A DNA stretch of 64,000 nucleotides, taken from the NCBI GenBank assembly GCA_038320495.1, contig JBBQEG010000001.1:11652-75651 (forward strand), read 5' to 3'. The stretch's first letter is position 1; each line of letters opens with the position of its first letter. The translations under genes and the position numbers were made by a program. Origin of the DNA: Opitutales bacterium (GTDB lineage: Bacteria; Verrucomicrobiota; Verrucomicrobiia; Opitutales; Opitutaceae). Below the pieces are notes generated by a model. It was not told where the DNA came from. It was given only the letters and a program-made list of their open reading frames with translations, and searched no databases. This document shows positions 48,414 to 58,576 of the stretch, in pieces.

Positions 48414-49514
48414 ACCTCAGGCTTTACCTTTTACCTCAAGGAACCGGCGCCCGGGCAATCCCCATGAATTGGGGGCTTCGCGCACTGGCAGTGGCGGACT
48501 TGGAGAGCTGCAATGCCCGGATTCTCACGGCATGCCCTACAAGCTTCGTCTCGAATCCCCTGGTGCGATCTATCATCATCAATCGGGGCAACTATCGTCG
48601 GTGGATATTTGAGGAGTCTGGTGCCAAGGCCGCGTTCGAGACGTGCCTTTTCGAAGCGTGCAAACGCTGCGAATGGCTGCTCCACGCCTTTGTGATCATG
48701 GGCAACCATTTTCACCTCGCTTTGGAGACTCCGCGGGGGAACTTGGTGACCGGGATGCAGTGGTTGGAATCGACGTATGCGAATCGGTTCAATCGATTCC
48801 GGGACGAGTGGGGACATCTCTTTCAAAGCCGCTACAAGGCATTGTTGGTCGAGCCGGGCGATGCGTTGGGACAGCTTTGCTCCTACATTGATCTCAATCC
48901 CGTTCGGGCGGGCATCGTTTCTGTCGAGCGCCTGCGGGATCATCGCTACGTATAATAAGCTATTGGTATTTGGACCGGCCGCAGCAAAGACCGAAGGAAT
49001 TGGATTCCACGGGCGCGCTCAGCGCCATCGGCGGACTTTCGAACACTCACGCGGGCAGCGACTGCTATGCAGATTTCTCAGGTGGCAGGCGGCAGAGGGG
49101 CCGGCGGGAAAAAATGCCGCTTACGTTTCGCTGTCGAGGGGCTGGGCTCTCGGTAGTGACGGATTCAAGGAGGCGTTGGTGCGGGACTACAATCTGGCGG
49201 CAGACACCCGCGCTTGGGAATGCGAGGGAGCGAAGGCGGTGAGCGAGCAACGCTGGCTGGAGAGGCTGCAACAGGTTTTTGAGTTCCTGCCGGCAGAAAT
49301 GCGGTTGGCGCGGAGCCGGTCCGCTCCCTGGAAAGTCGCCATTGCCGCGTACCTAAGAGCCACCACCGACGTATCGAATCCGTGGGTCGCTACTCAGCTT
49401 GCCATGGGTTCGCCATTCTACGTCAGCAAGCATGTTGGCCGGCTCCGGCATGGCCTCAATCCAAAGGCGCACCGTCTCTTGCAACGGCTGGAGGTAAAAA
49501 GTAAAGCCTGAGGT
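48414..49514 (+). mobile_element. TIR-bounded RAYT-like element, copy 2
   Basis: Near-identical to copy 1; TIRs 48414-48437 and 49491-49514 (one mismatch). Confidence 0.88.
48532..49511 (+). pseudogene. Frameshifted RAYT-like transposase
   Basis: Same ATG context as 39100, but indels near 48555-48575, 48950 and 49075 split it over frames. Confidence 0.88.
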
Positions 49515-49533
49515 CTTCAGCTTCGCCCTCTTC

Positions 49534-49737
49534 ACTGAAACGAAACTAACCGATATCCTGGGCCTTCGGCTTTCCGGCATTTTCCCGGAGGGCAAGGAAC
49601 CCTCGGTGCGAACGCTGAGGGAGTGGACGAAGGTTCAACGCATTCCGCATCATCGCGTGGGACATTTCGTTTATTATGACCCGGCGGAAGTCGCGACGCG
49701 CATCCGGACCAAGGTGAATATCCCGGCTCGGGGCTGA
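49534..49737 (+). pseudogene. Startless excisionase-like HTH remnant
   Basis: Manual translation ...GIFPEGKEPSVRTLREWTKVQRIPHHRVGHFVYYDPAEV...; no in-frame ATG after the TIR. Confidence 0.6.
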
Positions 49738-49944
49738 CAAACAAGTGCAAACGAGCGCCTGATTTGAAGCGTGTGGCCCGCATTCTGCGGCTACGCCGAT
49801 TCCCCAACATTCAAACCAGTTTTCCCAAGAGCAAAGGTTCATCCCAAGGCGGCGGCAAAGATGGCGATGCCGCCGGCAACATCACGACCAAGGCAGTTCG
49901 ACGACGCCGGTCGCCTCACGGCGGCGCAAACCGAGGGCCTTTTG

Positions 49945-50982
49945 CTAATGCCGAGGAATTAACAAGCAAATCTCATTCACGACAGTATCGAGGGCGCGAG
50001 CACCTTCGATAACAAGGGCGTCGCCATAGGTTTCCTCGCGCCGCTCCTGCATGATGTAATGGGCCAGCACGTCGGCATCGAGCGCCGCCGCGTTGAGAGC
50101 GATATTGTTGCGTACCCGAGGGACAATAAGGTCGTCGGCGGAGTTTTTCCCGTGCGAGATCGACAAGGATGGGGCGCCAACGGCGGCGCAATCGTAAGTT
50201 ATCCCTCTCGTGCCCTTAGTGATGACCAGATCGGCCGCGCTGAGGAGCTTTTCGATGGGTCGAAAATATTTTATGACCTCGACTGCGGCGAGCCCCGCAA
50301 GGCGAGTGCTGATGTTATCGTATTCGCTGGATGCGACCCACGTGAGCAGCTTTTTGGGGTGCGGCAGGCGATAGAACGCCGAAAGTACTACATCGCTTAT
50401 AGGCGACTCTGCTTCCTTGGACGCGCCGCCGGGCACTACTACTATTGAGAACGTATCCTCGGTCCAACCGAAATCATGTCTGTTGGCGCTCCTATCCTTT
50501 GCGGTGAACTGGAGCGGCCTGCGTAAAGGTCCGGTAAACACGATCTTCGTGCGGACAGTCGTGGGAATCGGGAACAAGCCTGGGCGCTCGATGATCACGA
50601 CGGAGTTCGCGTAGCGCAATGTGTCGGCTGCAATAGTGTTGCCCTGGGGCAACCACGCGCTGACGAACAGTACCGGCGCTTTGTGGAGCGCCGCGGCAGC
50701 GATGGCGGCAAACTCCTCGTGCGCTACCACGAGCGATGGACGTTCAGATCCAACGAGGCCATGGGCCACGAGAAGCGTCTCCGTGAACGAATTGATTTCC
50801 GGTAAATTCATATCGATGACTTCGCGCCCGGCATCCCGAATGGTTGTCGCTCCGGTTGAATAGGAGGCGAAGCGGACGTCTATGTTGGAGTTCCGCGACA
50901 CCAACAGGTCTGCTATGGCCATGTCGGGGATTGCATGCCCATGGCCTCGCCCGCGGGAAAAGAAAAGAACCTTGTGCTTCAT
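49945..50982 (-). CDS. GT-B glycosyltransferase (MurG/GT28-like)
   Basis: GRGHGH N-terminal motif, VPGG, ADLVITKG. Confidence 0.75.
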   Translation of the reverse strand: MKHKVLFFSRGRGHGHAIPDMAIADLLVSRNSNIDVRFASYSTGATTIRDAGREVIDMNLPEINSFTETLLVAHGLVGSERPSLVVAHEEFAAIAAAALHKAPVLFVSAWLPQGNTIAADTLRYANSVVIIERPGLFPIPTTVRTKIVFTGPLRRPLQFTAKDRSANRHDFGWTEDTFSIVVVPGGASKEAESPISDVVLSAFYRLPHPKKLLTWVASSEYDNISTRLAGLAAVEVIKYFRPIEKLLSAADLVITKGTRGITYDCAAVGAPSLSISHGKNSADDLIVPRVRNNIALNAAALDADVLAHYIMQERREETYGDALVIEGARALDTVVNEICLLIPRH

Positions 50983-51092
50983 GACTTAGATGCAAAGTTT
51001 AGGGGATGCCATTATGGTAGGCCGCGCCGGTCAATGGCAAAGCGGCGGCTTTGACATTGACAAACAATGCAGAGAGGAGGACCTGACATAGA

Positions 51093-51902
51093 ATGACGCT
51101 GTGTCCACAAGATCCCTCGGTCACCAAAGGGCCCTGGCTCTCCATCTGCACCACTTGCGCCAATCGGGCTTATCAGCTAAAGCAAACTTTGCCCGAAAAC
51201 CTAAAGCGCATACATGACGCGCCAGGCGTCGAGTGGGTGTTGATTAACTATGGCTCGACCGACGATTTAGACGACTGGGTCGGCGATTGGCTACCTCTGG
51301 CGGGAGGGAGGGTGACGTATGCGAAGTTAAGCGAACCGCGTCCTTGGCATGCATCGATTGCGAAGAATACTGCGCACCGGGTTGGGCTAGGCGCATGCCT
51401 GATGAATTTGGACTGCGACAACTTCATAGACGACGCGATCGATACGGCGCGTGCCTACTGGTCGAACGGGTGTCGCGCCCTCCACTTGTGGAGTGGCGTA
51501 TACGGCGACGGCACCTGCGGGAGAATTGCAATTGCCCGTGACGTTTTCTACGCGTTGGGCGGCTACGATGAGGCATTCTCGCCGATGGGTTTTCAGGACC
51601 GCGATTTGATTCTCAGGGCCGCCCAAGCCGGGATCCCGGTGCTTCATGCGCCGAGTCGGCCGGATGTCGCTATACGGAATGATAAAGTTGAGAGCGTACG
51701 TCTCTGCTCGTGGCGGAACTGGAAGGATTTCGATAATCTAAACATGCTGGCGTCCCAGTCCAATCGCCGCAGGGGGAAGTTGGCGGCGAACGGCGATCGG
51801 TCTCAGCTAGGCGCGAATGTGAAAGTGGTGGTGCGATACGGATCACCCGTAGGAGGGATGGGCACCACGTCTGTCTCGGCCCGCTACGACGGGTCCGAGT
51901 AA
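51093..51902 (+). CDS. GT-A glycosyltransferase (GT2/GT7-like)
   Basis: NYGSTD, AKN, NLDCD (DxD), GGYDEAF..GFQDRDL; GAGGAGG upstream. Confidence 0.82.
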   Translation: MTLCPQDPSVTKGPWLSICTTCANRAYQLKQTLPENLKRIHDAPGVEWVLINYGSTDDLDDWVGDWLPLAGGRVTYAKLSEPRPWHASIAKNTAHRVGLGACLMNLDCDNFIDDAIDTARAYWSNGCRALHLWSGVYGDGTCGRIAIARDVFYALGGYDEAFSPMGFQDRDLILRAAQAGIPVLHAPSRPDVAIRNDKVESVRLCSWRNWKDFDNLNMLASQSNRRRGKLAANGDRSQLGANVKVVVRYGSPVGGMGTTSVSARYDGSE

Positions 51903-53083
51903 AAGCGCTGGAGGTCGGTAGACACCTCGGTGCGGGTTAAGGGTATGCCGGGGCGCCGGGCCAGCAGCGCAAGGCTGCCTATTTGATCGAGCACGACAGC
52001 CCAGCGCAGGGCCTCTGCGTATTCGCGCCGCTTTCCGAAGTCGTGAAACAAGACGCGAACGTCGGGTGGGCACGACAAAAGTGCCTCGAGGAGGCAGGCC
52101 ATTCGAAAGCGGGCGTCAATCAACACTAGGTCGAACAGCCGGCAGTTAGGTACGCGGCTGATTGCTCTAGGGAAGTCTGGCCAGCGGGGATCTAGCTGCC
52201 GGTTTATCGGGTAGCCCCAGCGGCCGACCGGGCCGATATCAATGTGCAGCAGCGTCACGCTTTCCATGTGCTTCGCTGCGGTGCTTATCCTCTCGATCCA
52301 GCGGGGGTCAGTATCGACGCCGACGATCATTTCGGGCCCCCTTCTCTCGCTGGCTTGGTCTCGCGCCATCAGCGTGCTTCCGCCGACGCCAAACTCAAAA
52401 TACCGCGTAGCGGTTGCGAGGGACGTCTTGAAGAGTCCTAGCTCGGCCTCGGACATCCTTGGTGCGTCCAATGCCGTGGACCTATGGACCCTCTTTGCGA
52501 GGGCGGTCAAATAGGCATCCGAGAGAGCTGTTTGCGCCTGCCCCGAAAGGTAAGTTAGGAGGCCCTGCTTCGTGACAGTCGGATTTCGGAGGCGTTGCCA
52601 CACGAACGCCAGCGTTTCGTAGCCGAGCACATCGAGGCGCAATGGATCGATTTTAGACAAGCGGTGAAGGTCCGAGGGGGACCCCTGGCACAGGAATCGC
52701 CGCAGGAATAGAGCGCGCAGTTCAGGCGGTAGTTGGTCTGCGGCGGCGTCCATCCCTTCAACGTCCGTGGCCTCGCCAGTGGGCTCAGTGCTCGCGTCGG
52801 GGCCATAGTCGAACGCAGTGGGCATCGCCGACAGTTCGGCGCTCACAGTCCGCGCGCTCGCGTATAACCAAGCTCCGATCCAGCCGGAGGTCGCCTGCGG
52901 CCGGTTGCGGGCCATGCGTGTGAACACCTCCTGGGTGATGGCTGATGCCTTTACTCGGTCGCCGTCTGCCCGTCGGACGGCTGATAAATAAACGAATGTC
53001 CCGTAACGTCGGATCAAGGGGAGGAGAGATGACGAGCTGGGGCAGCCTGCGTATACCTGTAGTAGGTGGGTGTCGGATGTCAC
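51884..53083 (-). CDS. Degenerate ECF sigma-like N-terminus fused to SAM-methyltransferase-like domain
   Basis: N-terminal LIRRY..VY..A.R..TQEVF..AWLY and QLPPELRA..RRF; C-terminal YFEFGVGGST, GVDTD, DLVLIDARFR..C. Confidence 0.6.
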   Translation of the reverse strand: MTSDTHLLQVYAGCPSSSSLLPLIRRYGTFVYLSAVRRADGDRVKASAITQEVFTRMARNRPQATSGWIGAWLYASARTVSAELSAMPTAFDYGPDASTEPTGEATDVEGMDAAADQLPPELRALFLRRFLCQGSPSDLHRLSKIDPLRLDVLGYETLAFVWQRLRNPTVTKQGLLTYLSGQAQTALSDAYLTALAKRVHRSTALDAPRMSEAELGLFKTSLATATRYFEFGVGGSTLMARDQASERRGPEMIVGVDTDPRWIERISTAAKHMESVTLLHIDIGPVGRWGYPINRQLDPRWPDFPRAISRVPNCRLFDLVLIDARFRMACLLEALLSCPPDVRVLFHDFGKRREYAEALRWAVVLDQIGSLALLARRPGIPLTRTEVSTDLQRFYSDPS

Positions 53084-53312
53084 AGCGTCCCGCGGGTAAG
53101 GATTGGGGCCTACGAAACGCGGCGTTATGCCACCGTCAATGACATTCTAGCGAAAGAAGGCCGCAGGGCGGTATGATATCAACGCGGGACTTTCACGAGT
53201 TAACCTAGGATGGGATAGCTAACGACATTGGGATTGACGCGGCCGTGGATCGCCGTAGAGTGCGACCCTCTTACTAAGCTGCGTGGAAAGGTTATTGTCG
53301 GCGGCCATCCCC

Positions 53313-54542
53313 ATGAAAGTATCTACCGGATTGCTGATTATATCGATTCTTGCCAATGGCGCGTTCTTGGTATTGCTGGTAGGGCGCGACCAATCGAAAC
53401 CGTCTCGCATCGAGCCCGAGTCAGGGGGCTTGACCCGGCCCGCGGCCCCTTCGGGCCGGGCCGCCCCACCCGCAGATTTACACTCGCTCGCGCCGGCGGA
53501 GCTGCGAGCAGAATTGGTGTCTCGCGGGTACGGTGGCAATGTGGCGGACGCCATCGCGCGAGCAAGGATCTTTGAGGCGTATGACCGCAAGAAGCGGCAA
53601 TTTCTGGCGACAGCATACCAAGAGGCGCCCCCGTGGAAGGTCGCCAGCGTTAAAGACCGGCTTCGGCTGCTGACGCGACACCAACGACAGGGATTGCTAG
53701 ACCTTGAGGCGGTCGCACGAAATGAAGTTCTGAGGGTGATCGGTCCCCAAGCCATGGACATGGACGGAGCGATCGCGGCGAAGTTCAGCTTCCTGGCTCC
53801 CGATAAGGCAGTGTTGGTCGACGCACTCGAGAGGGACTATAAGGATATTTCCGCCGGAGCGTTCGATGAGGACCATCTACTTGTCACCGACGAGGATCGC
53901 CGGCGGCTGGACATGGTGGGCGAGGAGAAAAGAAAGGATCTTGCCCGTATCTTGACCGAAGAGGAGCGGCGGGAATATGAGACCCGCAACTCTCCGGTGA
54001 TGAGAGATTTTGCGGGGCAATTCGAGGCGTTTCGGCCGAGCGCCGACGAGCTCGCGGCGTTGTTGCAGATTCAGCAGGAGCAAGGACAGTCCGGCGGGAA
54101 GCCGGGAGTGGCCGCTTTGGACGTCGAGGCCGTCCGGGCCAAGCTCGGGGATGAACGTTACCGCGAGTGGAGTCAGGCAGGTTACCCTCACTACAAGGCG
54201 TTGGGCTCAATTGCGCCGAAGATGGGGCTTTCGCCGCAGGTAGTCGCGGACGGTGCAGCATCAGTTGACGTTCTGATGGAAACGTCGCGGGCCATCGCGC
54301 TGACGCAAATGACTTATGAGGAGAAGAAGAGTGCCCTCGCAAAGGAGTGGGCATCGACCAAGGCGGCTTTGAGCGAGAAGCTGGGGAATGAGGCTGCCGC
54401 CGAATACGTGAAGCAGCTTCCGTGGTTTGAATCAATTGGCGCGGGAACAGTGGTATACATGCATGAAGGCTCGATGCGCTTCCGGTCCATGCCTGGGGCG
54501 CCGGTCGCCCCTACGCGGCCAACCCTCAATCAGAAAAAGTAA
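53313..54542 (+). CDS. Membrane-anchored/exported helical hypothetical protein
   Basis: N-terminal TM (SILAN), LT.EE..EYE.RNS and LG.ERY.EW motifs shared with next gene. Confidence 0.75.
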   Translation: MKVSTGLLIISILANGAFLVLLVGRDQSKPSRIEPESGGLTRPAAPSGRAAPPADLHSLAPAELRAELVSRGYGGNVADAIARARIFEAYDRKKRQFLATAYQEAPPWKVASVKDRLRLLTRHQRQGLLDLEAVARNEVLRVIGPQAMDMDGAIAAKFSFLAPDKAVLVDALERDYKDISAGAFDEDHLLVTDEDRRRLDMVGEEKRKDLARILTEEERREYETRNSPVMRDFAGQFEAFRPSADELAALLQIQQEQGQSGGKPGVAALDVEAVRAKLGDERYREWSQAGYPHYKALGSIAPKMGLSPQVVADGAASVDVLMETSRAIALTQMTYEEKKSALAKEWASTKAALSEKLGNEAAAEYVKQLPWFESIGAGTVVYMHEGSMRFRSMPGAPVAPTRPTLNQKK

Positions 54543-54544
54543 AT

Positions 54545-55735
54545 ATGAGAACTCTGCCCACGGTTCGTGCCCTTGCGCTTCTTCTCTCGGTCGCGGGAAA
54601 TCTCGTTCTCGCTTGGAAATATCAAGGCCCGGCTGAGGCCGTAACGGAGGTCGCGCCGAAGATTTCGGCGAGGAAGGTGGTAGCGCCCCGAGAGCCCGTC
54701 ATCGACCGCGCGCCGTCTGTTGCTGAACTTTCCGCGGCTGGATTATCGGATAGCGAGGTGAAGGCGGCGCTCACTGCAGCAATCACCGAGGCTCGCTTGA
54801 GCTGGGAGCGCGATATCCGGCGCGAAAGATCGAAGAATGCACCGCCTTGGCACACGGCGCTGATGGGCTCTGTCGCCTTCACTCTCGAGGAGCGAGGCCG
54901 GCTGGCAGACATGAAGCGGCGCGAGCGTCAACAGCTGGCTGAGGCGTTCGGGCCGGGCGCGGCAATCGAGGACTTCGGGGAGGCGGAGTACGCGTATCTG
55001 CCGGAAGCTAAAGCCGTCCAGGCCGCGTCGGCCAAGCAAGAGCTGGTACTGGCACTCTCTTCCGCTCGTTCGGCCGAGGATCGGTTGTCGGCGTATCAAG
55101 CCTACGAGACGCAGCTGTCTTCATTGCTTACGGCCGGAGAGCGGCGTGAAGTTGAACTTAGAGAGTCCGACGGGGCGAGGCAGGTGGGGCGTCGCTTTCA
55201 ATATTTCACCGGAGACGTCCCGACTTATTCGCGGCTGGTTGATGCGTACAACAGCGAGGACGGGCGGGTGGTGACGCAGATGATGCAGGACACGACCCTG
55301 GCCCAGCCGGGGGACCCGAGGCTCGCCGCGAGAGATCGGGTTGAGCAGGCTACTCGGGATGTGCTGGGCGCAGATCGGTATTTGGAGTGGAACAGGGGCA
55401 TGCGTCCCGAGTTCCGAGCGGTGGTGGAGCTCGAGCAACGCTACGGGGTGTCCGCCGCTGACGCCCAGAGGCTGGCTCGGATCCCTTTAGATACGAGCGC
55501 GGCAGCGACAAAAATTGCGCAAGACAAGACCATGTCGCCGCAGCAGCAAAGCGAAGCGCTCGCCGGGCTCGCCGAGCGGACCCGCGCAACGATCAAGCAG
55601 CTTCTAGGTGAAAGTGTGGGGCGGGCCTATATAGATGCCACGGGAAAGGGGTGGATAGGCTATTTGGACCGGGGGAGGTTCTACTCTTACACGGCGACCG
55701 GAATCAGCGTGGGCGCGGTGGGACGAGGGCGATAG
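54545..55735 (+). CDS. Paralog of preceding helical protein
   Basis: SVAGN TM, LLTAGERREVELRES, LGADRYLEW. Confidence 0.75.
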   Translation: MRTLPTVRALALLLSVAGNLVLAWKYQGPAEAVTEVAPKISARKVVAPREPVIDRAPSVAELSAAGLSDSEVKAALTAAITEARLSWERDIRRERSKNAPPWHTALMGSVAFTLEERGRLADMKRRERQQLAEAFGPGAAIEDFGEAEYAYLPEAKAVQAASAKQELVLALSSARSAEDRLSAYQAYETQLSSLLTAGERREVELRESDGARQVGRRFQYFTGDVPTYSRLVDAYNSEDGRVVTQMMQDTTLAQPGDPRLAARDRVEQATRDVLGADRYLEWNRGMRPEFRAVVELEQRYGVSAADAQRLARIPLDTSAAATKIAQDKTMSPQQQSEALAGLAERTRATIKQLLGESVGRAYIDATGKGWIGYLDRGRFYSYTATGISVGAVGRGR

Positions 55736-55780
55736 CGCGATAGTGCCTTAGCATAGGGTATAACATAGCGTAAGTAAATA

Positions 55781-55809
55781 TTGACATTGCGGGAAAGAGT
55801 GAATGGCAT
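55781..55809 (+). promoter_or_regulatory. Putative sigma70-type promoter
   Basis: TTGACA-17 bp-TGGCAT in an AT-rich gap upstream of the DUF1573 operon. Confidence 0.4.
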
Positions 55810-55988
55810 GGCCGCACACCCCTCACTTTATGCCGCTCTCTACCTGCCTAGGGGTTGCGGCGCCCGCACCTTTTGCGATTAGCGGTATTCATCCTGGCTT
55901 CCGCCAACATGCGCAGGGCGCCGGTAACCGAAATTCTCTGCGTCAGTAAAACAACCGAAACTCTGTTTCCCCACTCGCAAGTGACGCC

Positions 55989-56825
55989 ATGCCATCCCTG
56001 AAAACCCTCATAGGGGCCGCCCTTCTTCTCGTCTGCTCTGCGCATTCTGCCGAAGTTCCTGGTCCCGCGGGAGCCCGCGCGGAAAACAAGGCTCAGAAGT
56101 CGATCAATGAGCTGCGCGGGAGATGGAGTTCGGTGCCGTTCACGCCCTTTAGCCAAATTGGCCGGGACTACGCCGAGGTCGTGCTGTCGACCAGCGAATT
56201 TAGCGATGAGAACTGTGCCCTTACCGAAAGCCAGAAGAAGGCTCTCGCGAGGCAGGCAAGATACTTCCTGGCAGCCTTGAGGGCACCGACCTTCGATCGA
56301 TTTCTGGCGGCGATACGGGGAGACTTGCAATCGACGCCGACGGTCCGAAACCTGCCCAGCCTGCGGGCGGCGCTGGAGCAAAGAAACCTAATCCTGCCGT
56401 CGGATAACCTTTCGGAGGAGGACGCGCTGCGTGTCTCTTGGAGCACGCATACCGACTTTGGACGCGGCGACGTCTATTATGACGCGATCTCGCTGCCGAA
56501 CTGCAAGTACGAGGCGAGGCTGGTGCGCTCTCGGGAGGACCTTGAGAAAAGCCCGCAGGCTGCCTCGTTAGGGCACAGGGAGCACCTCGGCGTCAAAACC
56601 CGGAGGGATACGACCTTCAATTATGGCGAGGCGGCAGGCGAGGCCATGTCGCGAGATGGCCTACTCCTCACCGCCGTGGTGACCTTGCACATGCGGACCG
56701 CGCCCAACAAGTACGGCTATCCAATCCTCGTTCGTTACTTTTGGCATACGCGGGAGGCCAGATGGGTTGCCATGGGCGTCGCGGAGCTCTGGTCAGCTAA
56801 GAAGCGTTTTTACCCAATATATTAG
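55989..56825 (+). CDS. Exported hypothetical protein
   Basis: Sec signal ending AHSA; no family recognised. Confidence 0.7.
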   Translation: MPSLKTLIGAALLLVCSAHSAEVPGPAGARAENKAQKSINELRGRWSSVPFTPFSQIGRDYAEVVLSTSEFSDENCALTESQKKALARQARYFLAALRAPTFDRFLAAIRGDLQSTPTVRNLPSLRAALEQRNLILPSDNLSEEDALRVSWSTHTDFGRGDVYYDAISLPNCKYEARLVRSREDLEKSPQAASLGHREHLGVKTRRDTTFNYGEAAGEAMSRDGLLLTAVVTLHMRTAPNKYGYPILVRYFWHTREARWVAMGVAELWSAKKRFYPIY

Positions 56826-56835
56826 AGTCGGACCT

Positions 56836-57486
56836 ATGAATATGTATCTCAAGCTGGCTCTGCTCGTAGTGCTTAGCTGCGGCTCGTCGCGCGCATCGCT
56901 GCGCTTCGAAGAAGAAGTCGTTACGGTGGTCGCACAACCGGGCGAGGCCTCGGTTCAGGTGACGCTCCGGTTCTGCAACCCCACTGACAAGCCAATTGCG
57001 ATCCGGAAGGTCTCGCCGAGTTGCGGCTGCACGGAGTACGCTCTGGAGAAGGCGGAGCTCCAGCCCGGGGAATGTGGCACCATTCTCGCGATAATCGACA
57101 TCGAGGGGAAGGCGTCCGACGTGTCGGTTGCGCTCGAGATGGAGACCAGCACGGGTAAGCAGACGACTTACGTGAAGGTCCAGGTGCCGACCTCGCCCGG
57201 ACGATTCGACGCCCCTCGATTCGTCCGGTGGCGCGTCGGCGAAGAGCCTGTCCCGAAGAAGGTGAGGCTTGTGGTCAAGCCTGGCGTAACGGTAAAGCAG
57301 GAGAACCTATTTGTTACCAACCCGTGCTTCCGCGCCAAGCTCCTGCCCGGCGACAACGCGAACCAATATTGGGTCGAGCTTACACCGGAAAAGACAGATA
57401 AGCCCTGCGGCGCCGTGGTCGTGCCCAGGGATGAGGCATTCAAGGTGCATTCCGACTACATTAGGGTATACGGTGAAATTTTATGA
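56836..57486 (+). CDS. DUF1573 exported protein
   Basis: Signal peptide, SCGCT, PGECG. Confidence 0.82.
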   Translation: MNMYLKLALLVVLSCGSSRASLRFEEEVVTVVAQPGEASVQVTLRFCNPTDKPIAIRKVSPSCGCTEYALEKAELQPGECGTILAIIDIEGKASDVSVALEMETSTGKQTTYVKVQVPTSPGRFDAPRFVRWRVGEEPVPKKVRLVVKPGVTVKQENLFVTNPCFRAKLLPGDNANQYWVELTPEKTDKPCGAVVVPRDEAFKVHSDYIRVYGEIL

Positions 57487-58154
57487 GGACGGCCGAGATG
57501 GTTCACACGATGACAAACAAGCTGTTCTGGCTTTGGGTCGCTCTTATTCCCGCCCAGGGCATTTGCGCTTCTTTGAGCTGGGAAAGGGATACCATCCAGG
57601 TGCAGCTCCCCCACGCGCAAGAGTCCTATGAAGCCGCTTTTACCTTCCGCAATACCAGCCGGGAGGCGGTAAAGATAGAGAAGGTCGAGGCTTCGTGCGG
57701 CTGTACCAATGCAACAGCGTCCAAAACGATCTTTGCCCCAGGGGAGACGGGCCAAGTGTTGGCTAAATACTCCGCAGCCGGCCAGAGCGGCCTGAAGAGG
57801 GTCGGCGTGTCGGTTTGGATCGCCGGCGAGGCGGCACCAAAGGAGCTCTCTCTCGTCGTTGACGTGCTCGCGAAGGTCGGCGCGGCGCCGCGACTCGTGT
57901 ACTGGAGGGTTCACGACAAACCCACTCCAAAAGCCATTCGACTCACCGTCGCGGATGGATACGAGATAGAGGCTATACGGCACGATAACACACTCGTTAA
58001 ACCCGCCGTTAAAGGCGCCAAAGGCTCCAGAGAGTACGAGATAACGCTGACGCCCCTGAAAACGGGAACGCCAATGAGGACAAAACTAGACGTCGTCGTG
58101 TCGCGCGGCACTGACAGCGTCGCCTATGCCTTATACGCTAGCGTGATCGAATAG
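57483..58154 (+). CDS. DUF1573 exported protein
   Basis: ATGA-coupled; FTFRN, SCGCT, APGETG. Confidence 0.85.
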   Translation: MRTAEMVHTMTNKLFWLWVALIPAQGICASLSWERDTIQVQLPHAQESYEAAFTFRNTSREAVKIEKVEASCGCTNATASKTIFAPGETGQVLAKYSAAGQSGLKRVGVSVWIAGEAAPKELSLVVDVLAKVGAAPRLVYWRVHDKPTPKAIRLTVADGYEIEAIRHDNTLVKPAVKGAKGSREYEITLTPLKTGTPMRTKLDVVVSRGTDSVAYALYASVIE

Positions 58155-58162
58155 TCGTTGCC

Positions 58163-58576
58163 GTGTCAAACTCGCCGTTTCGCGCCGCGGGCGCCGCATT
58201 CGTCCTCTTGGGGGCGCCGATAGGCCCCGCAGTCCTTCAATGGGCGCTGAATGGTGATGTTCGCGAATCCCATCAAGTAACGGCGGCGGAGGCGAAAAGC
58301 ATGAGCGAGGTCTTGTGGATCGACGCCAGATCCCGCGCAGAGTACGAGTTGGGACGCATTCCTCAGGCGATTCTTTTAGAAGAGAAGCTATGGGACCGCC
58401 AGCTGGACGCTGTTGTCGCGGAGTGGAGCCCGGCTAGGCCAATAGTGGTGTACTGTGCGAGCAGCGCTTGCGGCAAAAGCCGCGATATAGCCCGCCGGCT
58501 GAGAGCGGAACTGGGCGTGAACAACGTGTTCTGGATGGCGGGAGGGTGGCGAGAATGGGAAACACAGGCCAAGTAG
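58163..58576 (+). CDS. Membrane-anchored rhodanese-like protein
   Basis: IDARS, GRIPQA, VVYCASSACGKS, GGWREW. Confidence 0.88.
   Translation: MSNSPFRAAGAAFVLLGAPIGPAVLQWALNGDVRESHQVTAAEAKSMSEVLWIDARSRAEYELGRIPQAILLEEKLWDRQLDAVVAEWSPARPIVVYCASSACGKSRDIARRLRAELGVNNVFWMAGGWREWETQAK

Noticed and set aside
48532-49511. Programmed frameshifting in transposase copy 2
   Set aside because: Several independent indels relative to intact copy 1 and no slippery site; simple decay
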